Source of the DNA: an uncultured Opitutales bacterium
Lineage (GTDB): Bacteria > Verrucomicrobiota > Verrucomicrobiia > Opitutales > Intestinicryptomonadaceae
Reading direction: 5' to 3'
NCBI GenBank assembly: GCA_934613415.1
Contig: CAKTSY010000003.1
Location: forward strand, 150,001-182,000
Length of the DNA stretch: 32,000 nucleotides
Shown here: positions 1-9,551 of the stretch, piece by piece
Position numbering within the stretch: position 1 is the stretch's first letter
Layout of the letters: every line of letters begins with the position of its first letter
Translations under genes and position numbers: made by a program
The notes under the pieces: model-generated
Seen by the model: the letters and a program-made list of their open reading frames with translations, nothing else
The model's database searches: none
What the model was told of the DNA's origin: nothing

Positions 1-1652
1 ACGAAGCCAAACCTATGACTTTTGAAGAAAAAGTCGAAAAGGCGAAGGCCGAAGTTTTAAAACGCTACGAAAAGATTGTGGAAAACGCCGAAAAGTCGGA
101 CGCAATGGAAATTCAGGAGATATACCTGCACACCCTTTGCAGTATGTACGACCCGCATTCGGAATTTATGTCGGAATACTTCCTTGAAGAGTTCGACATT
201 TCCATACGCAATTCGCTTGTGGGCATAGGCGCGGTTTTGCAAGACAAAGACGGCTATTGCACAATCAACGAGCTTATGGCAGGCGGCCCTGCCGAAAAGA
301 GCAAAAAAATTAAAACGGGCGACAAGATTGTTGCCGTAAGCGACGCCAAAGGCGAGATGGTAGATGTAATAGGAATGAAGCTTCGCAAGGTTGTAAAGAT
401 GATTAGAGGCGACAAAAACACAACCGTACGCCTTAAAATAGAACCGGCAAACAACACTTCGGCAGCCTACGAGATAAGCCTGGTAAGAGACGAAATAAAG
501 CTTACAACCAAGCTGGCAAAGGCGGCGGTATATCAAATACCCTATCGCGACAGAACCATACCCATTGGCGTTATAGACTTGCCCGCTTTCTACGGCGAAA
601 ACGAAACGCACGGGGCAAAGGGCTTTTCTACAACAAAAAATGTAGAGGAGCTTTTGCTTAAGCTGAAAGCGCAAAACGTTAAGGGCGTAATTTTAGACAT
701 TCGCCGAAACGGCGGCGGCTTTTTAAACGAAGCCATAGACTTGGCTGGCTTGTTTATAAAAAAAGGCCCCGTTGTGCAGACAAAAGACACCGCAGGCCGC
801 CAAAACGTTTTAAGCGACGAAAACCCGAAAGTTGTTTGGCAAGGGCCCTTAATTGTGCTAGTAAGCAAGTTGTCGGCGTCGTCATCGGAAATTTTGGCGG
901 GGGCTTTAAAAGACCACAAGCGCGCCATAATTGTGGGCGACAAAAACACCTTCGGCAAAGGCACCGTACAAACCGTATACAACCTAAGCAACTTCGAGCC
1001 CGAATTGAAAAGCGCGGCAAAAATTACCGTGCAAAAATGGTACGCCCCCAACGGAGAATCCATACAGCTTAAGGGAATTGAATCGGACATAAGCTTCCCG
1101 TCGATATACGACGATATGAAGATAGACGAAGCCTCGAAAGACAATGCAATGAAGTGGGATTCGATAAAGAGCGTAGACGTTGGCGAAGTTTACAACTACG
1201 GAATAAACGCCGCAAACTCGAACGACCTAATCGCAAAATTGCGCTTCGAGTCGGAAAAACGCAGGCAAAATTCGAACGAATTTAAGTTCTATCAGGAGCG
1301 CGTAGACTGGTTTAAACAAAAGCAAAAACAAAAAAGCTATTCTTTGGATATAGACGAACGCAAAAGCCAAATGGAAAAAGACCAGGCCTTTTTGGACGAA
1401 AACGAAAAGCGCGAAAAGGAGTTTGTAAAAACAAACTACACCTTTACCGAAATTTTGCTAGACAGCGCAAAAGAGCTTGAAAAAGATACCCCAAAAAAGA
1501 AAAAGAAGCTCGACGACGACCTAAACGAGCTTGACGCCCTTGAAGAAGACGACGCCCCCGAGTTCGACGTTCAGCTAAGGGAGTCTTTACACATTATGTG
1601 CGATTGGATTAGCGAAATTGAATCGCAAAATTCGCAGGTAAAAACAAACTAA
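1..1652 (+). CDS. prc: Tail-specific (C-terminal processing) protease, peptidase family S41; 5' end lies outside the window
   Basis: The frame of ORF 15..1652 stays open back to nt 3, so the N-terminus is cut by the window edge. PDZ-like segment GIGAVLQDKDGYCTINELMAGGPAEKSKKIKTGDKIVAV. S41 core ILDIRRNGGGFLNEAIDLAGLF and SASSSEILAGALKDHKRAIIVGDKNTFGKGTVQ. Prc-type tail motif NAMKWDSI followed by a K/E-rich C-terminus. Confidence 0.9.
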   Translation, partial: EAKPMTFEEKVEKAKAEVLKRYEKIVENAEKSDAMEIQEIYLHTLCSMYDPHSEFMSEYFLEEFDISIRNSLVGIGAVLQDKDGYCTINELMAGGPAEKSKKIKTGDKIVAVSDAKGEMVDVIGMKLRKVVKMIRGDKNTTVRLKIEPANNTSAAYEISLVRDEIKLTTKLAKAAVYQIPYRDRTIPIGVIDLPAFYGENETHGAKGFSTTKNVEELLLKLKAQNVKGVILDIRRNGGGFLNEAIDLAGLFIKKGPVVQTKDTAGRQNVLSDENPKVVWQGPLIVLVSKLSASSSEILAGALKDHKRAIIVGDKNTFGKGTVQTVYNLSNFEPELKSAAKITVQKWYAPNGESIQLKGIESDISFPSIYDDMKIDEASKDNAMKWDSIKSVDVGEVYNYGINAANSNDLIAKLRFESEKRRQNSNEFKFYQERVDWFKQKQKQKSYSLDIDERKSQMEKDQAFLDENEKREKEFVKTNYTFTEILLDSAKELEKDTPKKKKKLDDDLNELDALEEDDAPEFDVQLRESLHIMCDWISEIESQNSQVKTN

Positions 1653-1674
1653 AAAGCTAAAAAGGCAAAATAAG

Positions 1675-1705
1675 AAAGGCTGCATTTTATGTGGCCTTTT
1701 TTATT
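1675..1705 (+). terminator. Possible weak rho-independent terminator after prc
   Basis: AAAGGC (1675-1680) pairs with GCCTTT (1694-1699), with a 13-nt loop and then T6. The short stem and large loop make it weak. Confidence 0.4.
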
Positions 1706-1721
1706 GCTCGCAATATTCCAC

Positions 1722-1760
1722 AAAAAAACGGCGCAATTTTTAAACTGCGCCGCTTTTTGT
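1722..1760. terminator. Bidirectional rho-independent terminator between convergent prc and argG
   Basis: CGGCGCA (1729-1735) pairs with TGCGCCG (1746-1752). A7 lies on the left and T5 on the right, so it reads as hairpin plus U-run on both strands. Confidence 0.75.
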
Positions 1761-1779
1761 TTTTGTTGTAAAGAAAATG

Positions 1780-3042
1780 CTACTTTACGATTTTCGACTT
1801 CGAGGCAACTTTTGCGCCCTTTTGCCTTAAGGCTCTTTCGCGGAGTCTTAATGCCTGCAGGTGTATAAAGCCTGTTGCGTCGTCTTGGTTATAGTCGCTC
1901 TTTACGCCTTCCATGCTTGCAATCTTGTCGTCGTACAAGCTGTAGGGGCTCTTTCTGCCGACGCAGATTACCGAGCCTTTGTAGAGCTTTAGGCGAACTG
2001 TACCTGTTACGCATTCCTGACTCTTGTCGATAAATGCCTGCAATGCTTCGCGTTCGGGAGCATACCAAAAACCGTTGTATACCAATTCGGCATATTTGGG
2101 GGTAAGCATATCGCGCAAGTGCATAAGTTCCCTATCCATTGTAATGGTTTCCATATTTCTATGGCCGGCAAGCAATATTGCGCCGCCGGGGGTTTCGTAT
2201 ACGCCGCGGCTTTTCATGCCAACAAAGCGGTTTTCTACAATGTCTACCCTGCCTATGCCGTGCTTGCCGCCAAGCTTGTTCAAGGTTTTCATAACCTGCG
2301 AAGGAGTCATCTTTTTTCCGTTTATTGCAACGCAGTCGCCTTCCTTAAATTCCAAGTCGATATACTCGGGCTTGTTGGGGGCGTCTTGAGGGTCTACACT
2401 AAGCTTGAACATACCCTTGTTTGCGGGAACGGTCGGGTCGAACCACGGGTCTTCCAAAATGCCAGCTTCGTAGGAAATATGCAGCATATTTCTGTCCATC
2501 GAATAGGGTTTTTTTGCCGAAGCTTCTACATTGATATTGTGCTGCTTGCAGTATTCAATCATTTCGCTTCTGCCGGGGAAAGCCGCGCGAAAGTCGTCCA
2601 TTCTCCAGGGCGAGATAACCTTAAGGTCGGGAGCTAATGCCGCAAACGACAATTCAAAACGGCACTGGTCGTTGCCCTTGCCCGTTGCGCCGTGGGCAAC
2701 TGCGTCGGCCTTAACTTTTTTTGCTATTTCAATGTGCGCTTTTGCAATCAACGGACGCGCAATGGAAGTACCCAAATAGTACTGGTTTTCGTAGAGCGCG
2801 TTTGCCCTCATCATCGGGAAGATGAAGTCTTTGGCGAATTCGTCTACCAAGTCTACAGTATAGTGCGCAACCGCGCCCGACTTTTTCGACTTTTGGGCGA
2901 GACCTTTTAGCTCCTCTTCCTGACCTACGTCTGCGGAAAATGTTACTATATCCGCATTGTAGCGTTCTTTAAGCCAGCTTACCAAAACGGAAGTATCCAA
3001 ACCGCCCGAATAAGCCAATACGATTTTCATTTTCTTTTTCAT
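1780..3042 (-). CDS. argG: Argininosuccinate synthase
   Basis: N-terminal ATP-pyrophosphatase loop [14 protein letters not shown], then [15 protein letters not shown], with typical length. Two in-frame ATGs exist (3042 and 3030, the latter giving [10 protein letters not shown]); either could be the start. Confidence 0.95.
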   Translation of the reverse strand: MKKKMKIVLAYSGGLDTSVLVSWLKERYNADIVTFSADVGQEEELKGLAQKSKKSGAVAHYTVDLVDEFAKDFIFPMMRANALYENQYYLGTSIARPLIAKAHIEIAKKVKADAVAHGATGKGNDQCRFELSFAALAPDLKVISPWRMDDFRAAFPGRSEMIEYCKQHNINVEASAKKPYSMDRNMLHISYEAGILEDPWFDPTVPANKGMFKLSVDPQDAPNKPEYIDLEFKEGDCVAINGKKMTPSQVMKTLNKLGGKHGIGRVDIVENRFVGMKSRGVYETPGGAILLAGHRNMETITMDRELMHLRDMLTPKYAELVYNGFWYAPEREALQAFIDKSQECVTGTVRLKLYKGSVICVGRKSPYSLYDDKIASMEGVKSDYNQDDATGFIHLQALRLRERALRQKGAKVASKSKIVK

Positions 3043-3062
3043 ATATGTTTTATTAAAAAAAA

Positions 3063-4004
3063 TTACCTTTTTGCCAGTTTCGAAATTATCGCCTTTTGAA
3101 CGTGCAGCCTGTTTTCGGCCTGGTCGAAAACAATGCTTGCCTTCGAGTTTAAAACTTCGTCCGAAACCTCCTGACCCGCGTGCGCCGGCAGGCAGTGCAT
3201 AAATATGGCCGAGGGCTTTGCCAGCGACATAAGCTTTGCGTTTACCTGATAGGGGGCAAAAAGCTTCATACGCTCTTCAACTTCGGCCTCTTTGCCCATG
3301 CTTACCCAAACGTCGGTATACAAAACGTCGGCGTTCTTTGCCGCCTTTTTGGGATCCGGCTCAAAAGTGTAGGTTTTTTCGAGCTTTGCGTCTTTGTAGA
3401 TTTTGTCTAAATCGCCCTTCGGCTCGCAAGATTCCGGGCCGCACAAAACAACGTCGAACCCGAACATAGAACCCGCCAACGCCAGCGAATAGCCCATATT
3501 GCAGGCGGTGTCACCAAAGAACACAAACTTTTTGCCCTTAAGGGAATCTAGCGAAACATTGCCATCTTTAGAGAAATGCTCCATCATTGTAAATGTGTCG
3601 GTATAGCTTTGGCAGGGGTGCAACAAGTCGGTAAGCGCGTTTACAACGGGCAACTTGCTATATTTTGCAAAGTCTTCAACAACCTTGTGCTCGTAGGCTC
3701 TAATTACCAAGCCGCTTAGGTAGCGGCCCATAACTTTTGCGGTGTCTTCTATAGTTTCGCCGCGCGAAATTTGAAGGTCGTTTGCATTCAAAAGCATCGG
3801 GTGGCCGCCCAGCTCGTATACGCCTACTTCAAACGACAGGCGCGTGCGCGTGCTTTTTTTGAAGAATATAAGCCCCCACGACTGCCCCCTAAGCAAATCC
3901 AAAGGACAAGCCGAACGCGCGCGCTTGTAGCGTTGCGCCAATTCAAAAGTTTCTTTTGCCTCCTGCAGGCTAAAGTCGGTTTCTCTTAAAAAAGATGTGT
4001 TCAT
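3063..4004 (-). CDS. argF: Ornithine carbamoyltransferase
   Basis: Carbamoyl-phosphate site STRTRLSFE, plus HPCQ, DVWVSMG and HCLPAH motifs. 313 aa, located in the arg operon. Confidence 0.9.
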   Translation of the reverse strand: MNTSFLRETDFSLQEAKETFELAQRYKRARSACPLDLLRGQSWGLIFFKKSTRTRLSFEVGVYELGGHPMLLNANDLQISRGETIEDTAKVMGRYLSGLVIRAYEHKVVEDFAKYSKLPVVNALTDLLHPCQSYTDTFTMMEHFSKDGNVSLDSLKGKKFVFFGDTACNMGYSLALAGSMFGFDVVLCGPESCEPKGDLDKIYKDAKLEKTYTFEPDPKKAAKNADVLYTDVWVSMGKEAEVEERMKLFAPYQVNAKLMSLAKPSAIFMHCLPAHAGQEVSDEVLNSKASIVFDQAENRLHVQKAIISKLAKR

Positions 4005-4011
4005 TTTTTAA

Positions 4012-5202
4012 TTATAGTGCATTTAATGTTTTGTCTACAATAGTCAAAGCCTTTTTAATTTCGGCTTCCTTTACTATAAGCGGCGGCAAAAACCTTACCG
4101 CGTTCGAGCCTGCGGGAATCGTTATAAGCGAATTTACCAGCAAGGCCTTTACTAAGTCGGCGTTTTTGTAGGGCTCGTTAAGCAAAAGACCTATCATAAG
4201 GCCAACGCCCCTTGCGCATTTTACCTTTTCGGGATATTTTTTTGCGAGTTTTTGCAAACCGTTTAAAAGCAGTTTTCCGCATTTTGCCGCGTTTTCGGCA
4301 AGCTTGCGTTTTTTAACCGCCTTTACAACCGAAAGCGCAACGGCGCATGCCAGCGGGTTGCCGCCGAACGTAGTTCCGTGCGTGCCGGGGGTAAAGAGCT
4401 TTGCAAGCTTGTCGCTCATTAAAACCGCGCCTATGGGGAAGCCGCCGCCCAAGCCCTTTGCCATGGAAATTGCGTCGGGTTTTACGCCGAATTTTTGGAA
4501 CGCAAAAAACTTGCCGGTGCGCGCAACGCCGCATTGAACTTCGTCGAAGAACAAAAGCGTCGAATACTTGCTGCACAAGCTGCGCAATTCCTTAAGGAAC
4601 TTTACGTCTACTGGCAAAACGCCGCTTTCGCCCTGAATGGGCTCTATCAAAACGGCGGCAATGTCTTTTTTTGCAAGCTTTGCCTTAAAGGATTTTATGT
4701 CGTTAAACTCGGCCGTTTCAAAGCCCTCCAGCAAAGGCGAAAAGTGCTTTTGTATCTTTTCCTGAATTGTGGCCGAAAGCGCGCCCATTGTTCTGCCGTG
4801 AAAGGAATTGCGGGCAACCAAAATTTTGTATCTTTTTACGGGCAAAGTTTCGCCGTAAATACGGGCGGCCTTAATCAAAGCTTCGTTGGCCTCGGTGCCG
4901 CTGTTGCAAAAGAACATTTTGCCGAATTTGGATTCGCCGATAAGGGCTTCGGCCAAATCTGCCTGCGGCACATTTAGGTATAAATTGCTGCAATGGGCAA
5001 CGGTTTGCGCCTGTTTTGTAAGGGCTTTTACCCAGTCTTTGTCGCAATGCCCCAAAATGTTTACGGCAATGCCCGCGCCAAAATCCAGATATTTTTTGCC
5101 CGCTTCGTCGTAGGCGTACATACCCGCGCCTTTGGCTATGCAAATTTGGCGTTCGCCGTAGTTGTTAAGGGTATATTTCTTAAATTTTTCCTTAGTGTTC
5201 AT
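4012..5202 (-). CDS. argD: Acetylornithine aminotransferase (class III PLP aminotransferase)
   Basis: FFDEVQCGVARTGKFFA and the PLP-lysine region DAISMAKGLGGGFPIGA. I place the start at ATG 5202 (MNTKEKFKKYTLNNYGER). This lies 7 nt after the argB stop (5192-5194). The track start at 5259 would overlap argB by 68 nt. Confidence 0.9.
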   Translation of the reverse strand: MNTKEKFKKYTLNNYGERQICIAKGAGMYAYDEAGKKYLDFGAGIAVNILGHCDKDWVKALTKQAQTVAHCSNLYLNVPQADLAEALIGESKFGKMFFCNSGTEANEALIKAARIYGETLPVKRYKILVARNSFHGRTMGALSATIQEKIQKHFSPLLEGFETAEFNDIKSFKAKLAKKDIAAVLIEPIQGESGVLPVDVKFLKELRSLCSKYSTLLFFDEVQCGVARTGKFFAFQKFGVKPDAISMAKGLGGGFPIGAVLMSDKLAKLFTPGTHGTTFGGNPLACAVALSVVKAVKKRKLAENAAKCGKLLLNGLQKLAKKYPEKVKCARGVGLMIGLLLNEPYKNADLVKALLVNSLITIPAGSNAVRFLPPLIVKEAEIKKALTIVDKTLNAL

Positions 5203-6094
5203 TGCTTTTAAAATCGTGTACAATTTCCGTTCCAATGCCCTCGTCGGTAAAGATTTCAAGTATCAGCGAATGGGGCATATAGCCGTTTACAAAGTGAACC
5301 CTGCGCACGCCCGACTTAAGGGCTTTTACGCCGCTGTCTACCTTCGGCAACATTCCGCCTGCAATAACCTTGCTTTGCTTTAAAGATTCTATTTCGCCCA
5401 TCTTTAGTGTGGAAATAAGCGAAGTTTTGTCTTTAAAGTCGCGCATTAGCCCCGGAACGTCGCAAAGGAAAACAAGCCTGCGCGCCCTTAATGCGCACGC
5501 AACCGCGCTTGCGGCAACATCGGCATTGGTGTTGTATGGGTGAAAGTCGTCGCCCAAAGCTATGGGCGAAACTACCGCAACCGAGCCGTCGGCAATGGCG
5601 TCGACAATAACCTGTGCGTCTACCTCGGTTGTTTCGCCGACATAGCCTAAGTCCACTTCGTTGCCCGCGGCGTCTTTGCTAAGCAGTTTTTTGCACTTTA
5701 AAACCATATTGCCCTTAATAGACTTGGCGTTTACGCCGCGCGCCTTAAGCATTTCGCAAATTTCGGAATTTACCTGGCCGTTTAAAACGCGTTCTACAAT
5801 GCCTACGGTTTTTTCGTCGGTAACGCGCATTCCGTTTTTAAATTCGGGAACAAGCCCCGCTTTGTCCATTGCGCGACTAATAGCCTTGCCGCCGCCGTGT
5901 ACGACCACAACCTTAATGCCAACCGAGGCTAAAAAGGCTATGTCTTGAGCTACCGATGTGCGGATTTTCGGGTCGGGGTCGTCCATAAAGGCGCCGCCGT
6001 ATTTAATTACAAACACCGAATTTTTAAAGCGTTGTATATAGGGCAGCGCCTCTATCAAAATGTCGGCCTTTTTTGTGATTTCGCAAATGTCCAT
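5192..6094 (-). CDS. argB: Acetylglutamate kinase
   Basis: Amino-acid-kinase motifs VIKYGGAFM and VVVVHGGGKAISRAM. The start ATG overlaps the argJ stop by 1 nt (TAATG at 6092-6096). Confidence 0.95.
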   Translation of the reverse strand: MDICEITKKADILIEALPYIQRFKNSVFVIKYGGAFMDDPDPKIRTSVAQDIAFLASVGIKVVVVHGGGKAISRAMDKAGLVPEFKNGMRVTDEKTVGIVERVLNGQVNSEICEMLKARGVNAKSIKGNMVLKCKKLLSKDAAGNEVDLGYVGETTEVDAQVIVDAIADGSVAVVSPIALGDDFHPYNTNADVAASAVACALRARRLVFLCDVPGLMRDFKDKTSLISTLKMGEIESLKQSKVIAGGMLPKVDSGVKALKSGVRRVHFVNGYMPHSLILEIFTDEGIGTEIVHDFKSNEH

Positions 6095-7326
6095 TATTCG
6101 CCCTTATTGAAATCCACATAGGCTTCCGACAAGTCGGTTGTAAGAACCGTCCACGAAAATTCGCCCAAGTTCAAATTCATATTCACGGCAAAGCTTTTTT
6201 CGGCAACTTCCTTTTTCCACAAAGGCTTGTTGTTTGCCAAAACCTCGCCCTTGACTATTACGGGAACGTTGTTGTAGGCCAAGTCCATTTTCTGGAAGTC
6301 TATGCCCGTTTTTGCGTAGCCTGCAGCGTCTACAAGCCTGCCCCAGTTGGGGTCGCCGCCGTACCAGGCCGACTTTACCAACATGGAATTTGCAATAGAC
6401 TTTGCTATTTTGCGCGCCTGCTCTTCGCTTTTTGCGCCCGAAATGTTTACTTGAACAACCTTTGTAATTTTTTCGCCGTCGGCAACAATGTGCGAAGCCA
6501 AATACGAGCACACTGTTTGCAGAGCCTCCTTAAAGGCTTCAAGCAAGTCGGCATTGTCGTCTATCTTAACGTGGCTTTGGCCGTTGCACAAAACCAAAAC
6601 GGTGTCGTTTGTGCTCATATCGCCGTCTACGCTAATGCAGTTAAAGCTCATTTCAACCGACTTCGACAGACATTCCTTAAGCAGCTTTTGCGAGATTTCG
6701 GCGTCGCAGGCAATGTAGGCAAGCATTGTGGCCATGTTAGGCTCTATCATGCCCGCGCCCTTTGCCATTGCACCCATGTGGAATTCTTTGCCGCCGCAGT
6801 TTACGGTTACGGAAATCGTCTTTTTACGGGTGTCGGAAGTGAGAATTGCCGAGGCCGCCGCAACGCCGCTTTCCTGCGAATTCGAGATTTTCGAAACCGC
6901 TTCCTTTATGCCCTTTTCGATTTTCTCCATGGGCATAAATTCGCCTATTCTGCCCGTAGAGGAAACCAAAACCTCGTTTTCGAGCAGGCCGAATTCTTTT
7001 GCAACCAATGCGCACATTTTGCGGGCATCGTCCATACCCCTTTGCCCCGTGCAGGCGTTTGCGTTGCCGCTGTTGGCAATAACAGCCCCTATTTTGGGAG
7101 ACTTCCAAAGGTGTTCAATGTCTACATAAACGGGGGCGGCCTTTACGTCGTTGGTGGTAAATGTGCCTGCCGCCGTTGCAAGAACGTCGCTCTTAATAAT
7201 TGCGGTGTCCAGCCTGCCGTCGTTCTTGTTGCGAATGTCGCTAGAAACGCCTGCAACTTTAAAACCCAAAACGTCTACAATGCCTGCGCTGTCTTCCTTA
7301 ACAGTTAAAGTATAATTCTTAGCCAT
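6094..7326 (-). CDS. argJ: Bifunctional glutamate N-acetyltransferase / amino-acid acetyltransferase (ornithine acetyltransferase)
   Basis: Autoprocessing-site context GMIEPNMATMLAYIACDA and a typical 410-aa length. Sits between argC and argB. Confidence 0.95.
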   Translation of the reverse strand: MAKNYTLTVKEDSAGIVDVLGFKVAGVSSDIRNKNDGRLDTAIIKSDVLATAAGTFTTNDVKAAPVYVDIEHLWKSPKIGAVIANSGNANACTGQRGMDDARKMCALVAKEFGLLENEVLVSSTGRIGEFMPMEKIEKGIKEAVSKISNSQESGVAAASAILTSDTRKKTISVTVNCGGKEFHMGAMAKGAGMIEPNMATMLAYIACDAEISQKLLKECLSKSVEMSFNCISVDGDMSTNDTVLVLCNGQSHVKIDDNADLLEAFKEALQTVCSYLASHIVADGEKITKVVQVNISGAKSEEQARKIAKSIANSMLVKSAWYGGDPNWGRLVDAAGYAKTGIDFQKMDLAYNNVPVIVKGEVLANNKPLWKKEVAEKSFAVNMNLNLGEFSWTVLTTDLSEAYVDFNKGE

Positions 7327-7330
7327 AATT

Positions 7331-8371
7331 TTACAATAGTCCTTCCTTTTCGTCGAAGCCGAACAAGCCGTTCATAATCTGAACCGCCTGACCGCTTGCG
7401 CCTTTAACCAAGTTGTCGATTGTGCTTGAAATGATGAAATTTTTTGTGCGCGGGTCGTAGGCCGCGCTTATGTCGCACCTGTTTGTGTTGGCAACATTTG
7501 CTGTGTCCGGATAGCTTTTTTCGGGCAGTATTTTTACAAATGTTTTGCCGTCGTAATACTTGTGCCAGATTTTATATAAATCCTCTATTGTTGCCCCGTT
7601 AGAAGGAACAGTGATTGTAGTTAAAATGCCCCTGTTCATCGGGCAAAGGTGCGGGTTAAATTGAACAACAACCTCGCCGCCGTTTGCGTCGGAAAGCTGC
7701 TCTTCTATTTCCGACAAATGCCTGTGAAACACATAGCCGTAGCCCTTTGCGCTTTCGTTGCGTTCGCAGAATATGTAGTTAACGTCGGCCTTTTTGCCCG
7801 CGCCGCTAACCGCGCTGTAGCTGTCTATGACAATGTTTTTGTCTACGCCCAATTTTTCGCGCAAAAGGGGCACCATTGGCACTAAAATGCTTGTAGGGTA
7901 GCACCCCGGACACGCAATAAGTTTGGAGTCTTGCCAGTTGTCGAACAATTCGGGCAAAACATATTTGCCAAGCTTTAGCAGTTCGGGAGCCGGGTGGTCT
8001 ACCCCGTAATACTTTTTGTAGGTTTCCAAACTATTAAGCCTAAAGTCGGCGGAAATGTCTATAACCTTTTTGTTTGCGTTAACTAGTGCTTTTGCATATT
8101 CGGCCGCCACCCCATGCGGAAGAGCCAAAAACCAAACGTCTATGTTGTCCATCTTTGCCTGTTCTTCGGGGGAAGACGCCGTAAACAATAAATTGTCGGG
8201 CAACAAGTGCCTTAGGGCGGGCATTACATCGGCAACTTTTTTGCCGCTTAAACTGCGGCTTGTAACACAAGCCAAGTTTGCGTGTGGGTGCCTGCAAATC
8301 AAGCGCACAAGTTCTGCGCCTGCATAGCCTGCCGCGCCCGTTATGCCAACATTTATAGTTTTTCCGCTCAT
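7331..8371 (-). CDS. argC: N-acetyl-gamma-glutamyl-phosphate reductase
   Basis: NAD-binding ITGAAGYAGAELVRL and catalytic Cys context CPGCYPTS. The track start 8383 is a TTG. ATG at 8371 gives MSGKTINVGITGAAGY, which I prefer. Confidence 0.93.
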   Translation of the reverse strand: MSGKTINVGITGAAGYAGAELVRLICRHPHANLACVTSRSLSGKKVADVMPALRHLLPDNLLFTASSPEEQAKMDNIDVWFLALPHGVAAEYAKALVNANKKVIDISADFRLNSLETYKKYYGVDHPAPELLKLGKYVLPELFDNWQDSKLIACPGCYPTSILVPMVPLLREKLGVDKNIVIDSYSAVSGAGKKADVNYIFCERNESAKGYGYVFHRHLSEIEEQLSDANGGEVVVQFNPHLCPMNRGILTTITVPSNGATIEDLYKIWHKYYDGKTFVKILPEKSYPDTANVANTNRCDISAAYDPRTKNFIISSTIDNLVKGASGQAVQIMNGLFGFDEKEGLL

Positions 8372-8458
8372 AATTATCTGCAAATTAAACTGCTAAGTTT
8401 GCACTGTTTGGCGGCAAATGCAAACAATAATTAACTGATTGCGCGCTTTATTAACCGC

Positions 8459-9328
8459 TTACGCGTTTTCCAGCTTTTGGCAAAGCTCGTCTATAAGAAA
8501 GTCGGGCGTAGAAGCCCCCGCCGTTACCCCTATTACCGAGTATTTCTTTTTTAGGGCGTCTACGTCAAGCTCGGCAACAGTTTCTACATGGAAGCATTCC
8601 AGCCCCGTGCGCTTTGCCATAATTGCCAGCTTAACCGTGTTTGCCGAGTGCCTGCCGCCAATTACAATTATCGCCTGCGCGCCCTGCTGGGCAAGAATGT
8701 TAACGTCTTTTTGACGCTCTTTTGTTGCCCCGCAAATTGTGTCGATTACAACTGTTTTCGGGAAACGCTTTTTTATGTATTCGCAAATTTCGCGGTAGTC
8801 GTCGGTAAACATTGTAGACTGCGAAACAACGCAAATTTCGCCCTGTATGTCGGGCAAATTGTCCACATCGGCAAAAGACTTAACAACAAAGCCCTTGCCT
8901 TTTTTGGCATAGCCTAAAAGCCCCATAACTTCGGGGTGTTGGGGGTCGCCCACAATTAAAACCGTGAAATTTTTTGTTGCGTGAATTTTAATTTGCCCCG
9001 CAATTTTGCCAACGTCGGGGCAGGTTGCGTCCTTTAGGGGTACGCCCAAATCCTTAAGGTATTTTCTTCTTTCGGGCGAAACACCGTGCGCGCGAACAAC
9101 CAAAACGCAGTCGCCGCAGCTCGGGTTAATATTCAGGCTCGACTCGCTTTTATAGTCGCCTATTTCGTCTATGCCCTCGTCTTTAAGACGGCGCATCATC
9201 TGACTATTGTGAATAAGCGGGCCGTCGGTAAAAACTTTTTTGTTTTCGCCCGCCAAACTTCTTGCTATGCCTATGGCCCGTTCAACGCCAAAGCAAAAGC
9301 CCGCGCTTTTTGCCCTTATAACTTTCAT
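8459..9328 (-). CDS. ispH: 4-hydroxy-3-methylbut-2-enyl diphosphate reductase
   Basis: The three Fe-S cysteine contexts are present: SAGFCFGVERAI, DATCPDV and DTICGATKERQ. The true start is ATG 9328 (MKVIRAKSAGFCFGV), preceded by AGGGGGC. The 102 codons upstream in the 391-aa track ORF are Cys/Phe-rich junk spanning the intergenic region. Confidence 0.9.
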   Translation of the reverse strand: MKVIRAKSAGFCFGVERAIGIARSLAGENKKVFTDGPLIHNSQMMRRLKDEGIDEIGDYKSESSLNINPSCGDCVLVVRAHGVSPERRKYLKDLGVPLKDATCPDVGKIAGQIKIHATKNFTVLIVGDPQHPEVMGLLGYAKKGKGFVVKSFADVDNLPDIQGEICVVSQSTMFTDDYREICEYIKKRFPKTVVIDTICGATKERQKDVNILAQQGAQAIIVIGGRHSANTVKLAIMAKRTGLECFHVETVAELDVDALKKKYSVIGVTAGASTPDFLIDELCQKLENA

Positions 9329-9494
9329 ATTGCCCCCTACAAAATAGCATTTGCATAAATTTTGCAAAAACATTTTGTTAAAAGAAATCTTTTTTTGCGA
9401 AAACAAAAAATGCCATGCGGCAAAACGCATAAAAAATTCTAAGAACAAATTTAAAACGCAATTTATTGCGCAAATTGCGGCACAAAACTTGGGC

Positions 9495-9535
9495 ACAAAA
9501 AAACGGCTTTTGGAAAGCTCACAAAAGCCGTTTTG
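9495..9535 (-). terminator. Rho-independent terminator of the PEP-CTERM protein gene
   Basis: On the minus strand, AACGGCTTTTG ... CAAAAGCCGTT forms an 11-bp stem with a 9-nt loop, followed by a T-run (TTTTTGTG). It starts about 17 nt after the stop at 9552. Confidence 0.8.
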
Positions 9536-9551
9536 CAATTTTAAATTAACC

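Noticed and set aside
57-1144. Antisense ORFs inside prc (57..674, 254..457, 590..1144, 754..1020, 836..1072)
   Set aside because: They are fully nested in a strongly supported S41 protease gene, and their compositions (C/R/F-rich) are typical of antisense read-through frames.
5203-5259. Longer argD start at 5259
   Set aside because: It would overlap argB by 68 nt. ATG 5202 sits 7 nt after the argB stop and yields the usual aminotransferase N-terminus.
6451-7308. 285-aa plus-strand ORF antisense to argJ, and similar ORFs antisense to argG, argF, argD, argB and argC
   Set aside because: They are shadow ORFs opposite well-supported genes, with no motifs and a biased composition.
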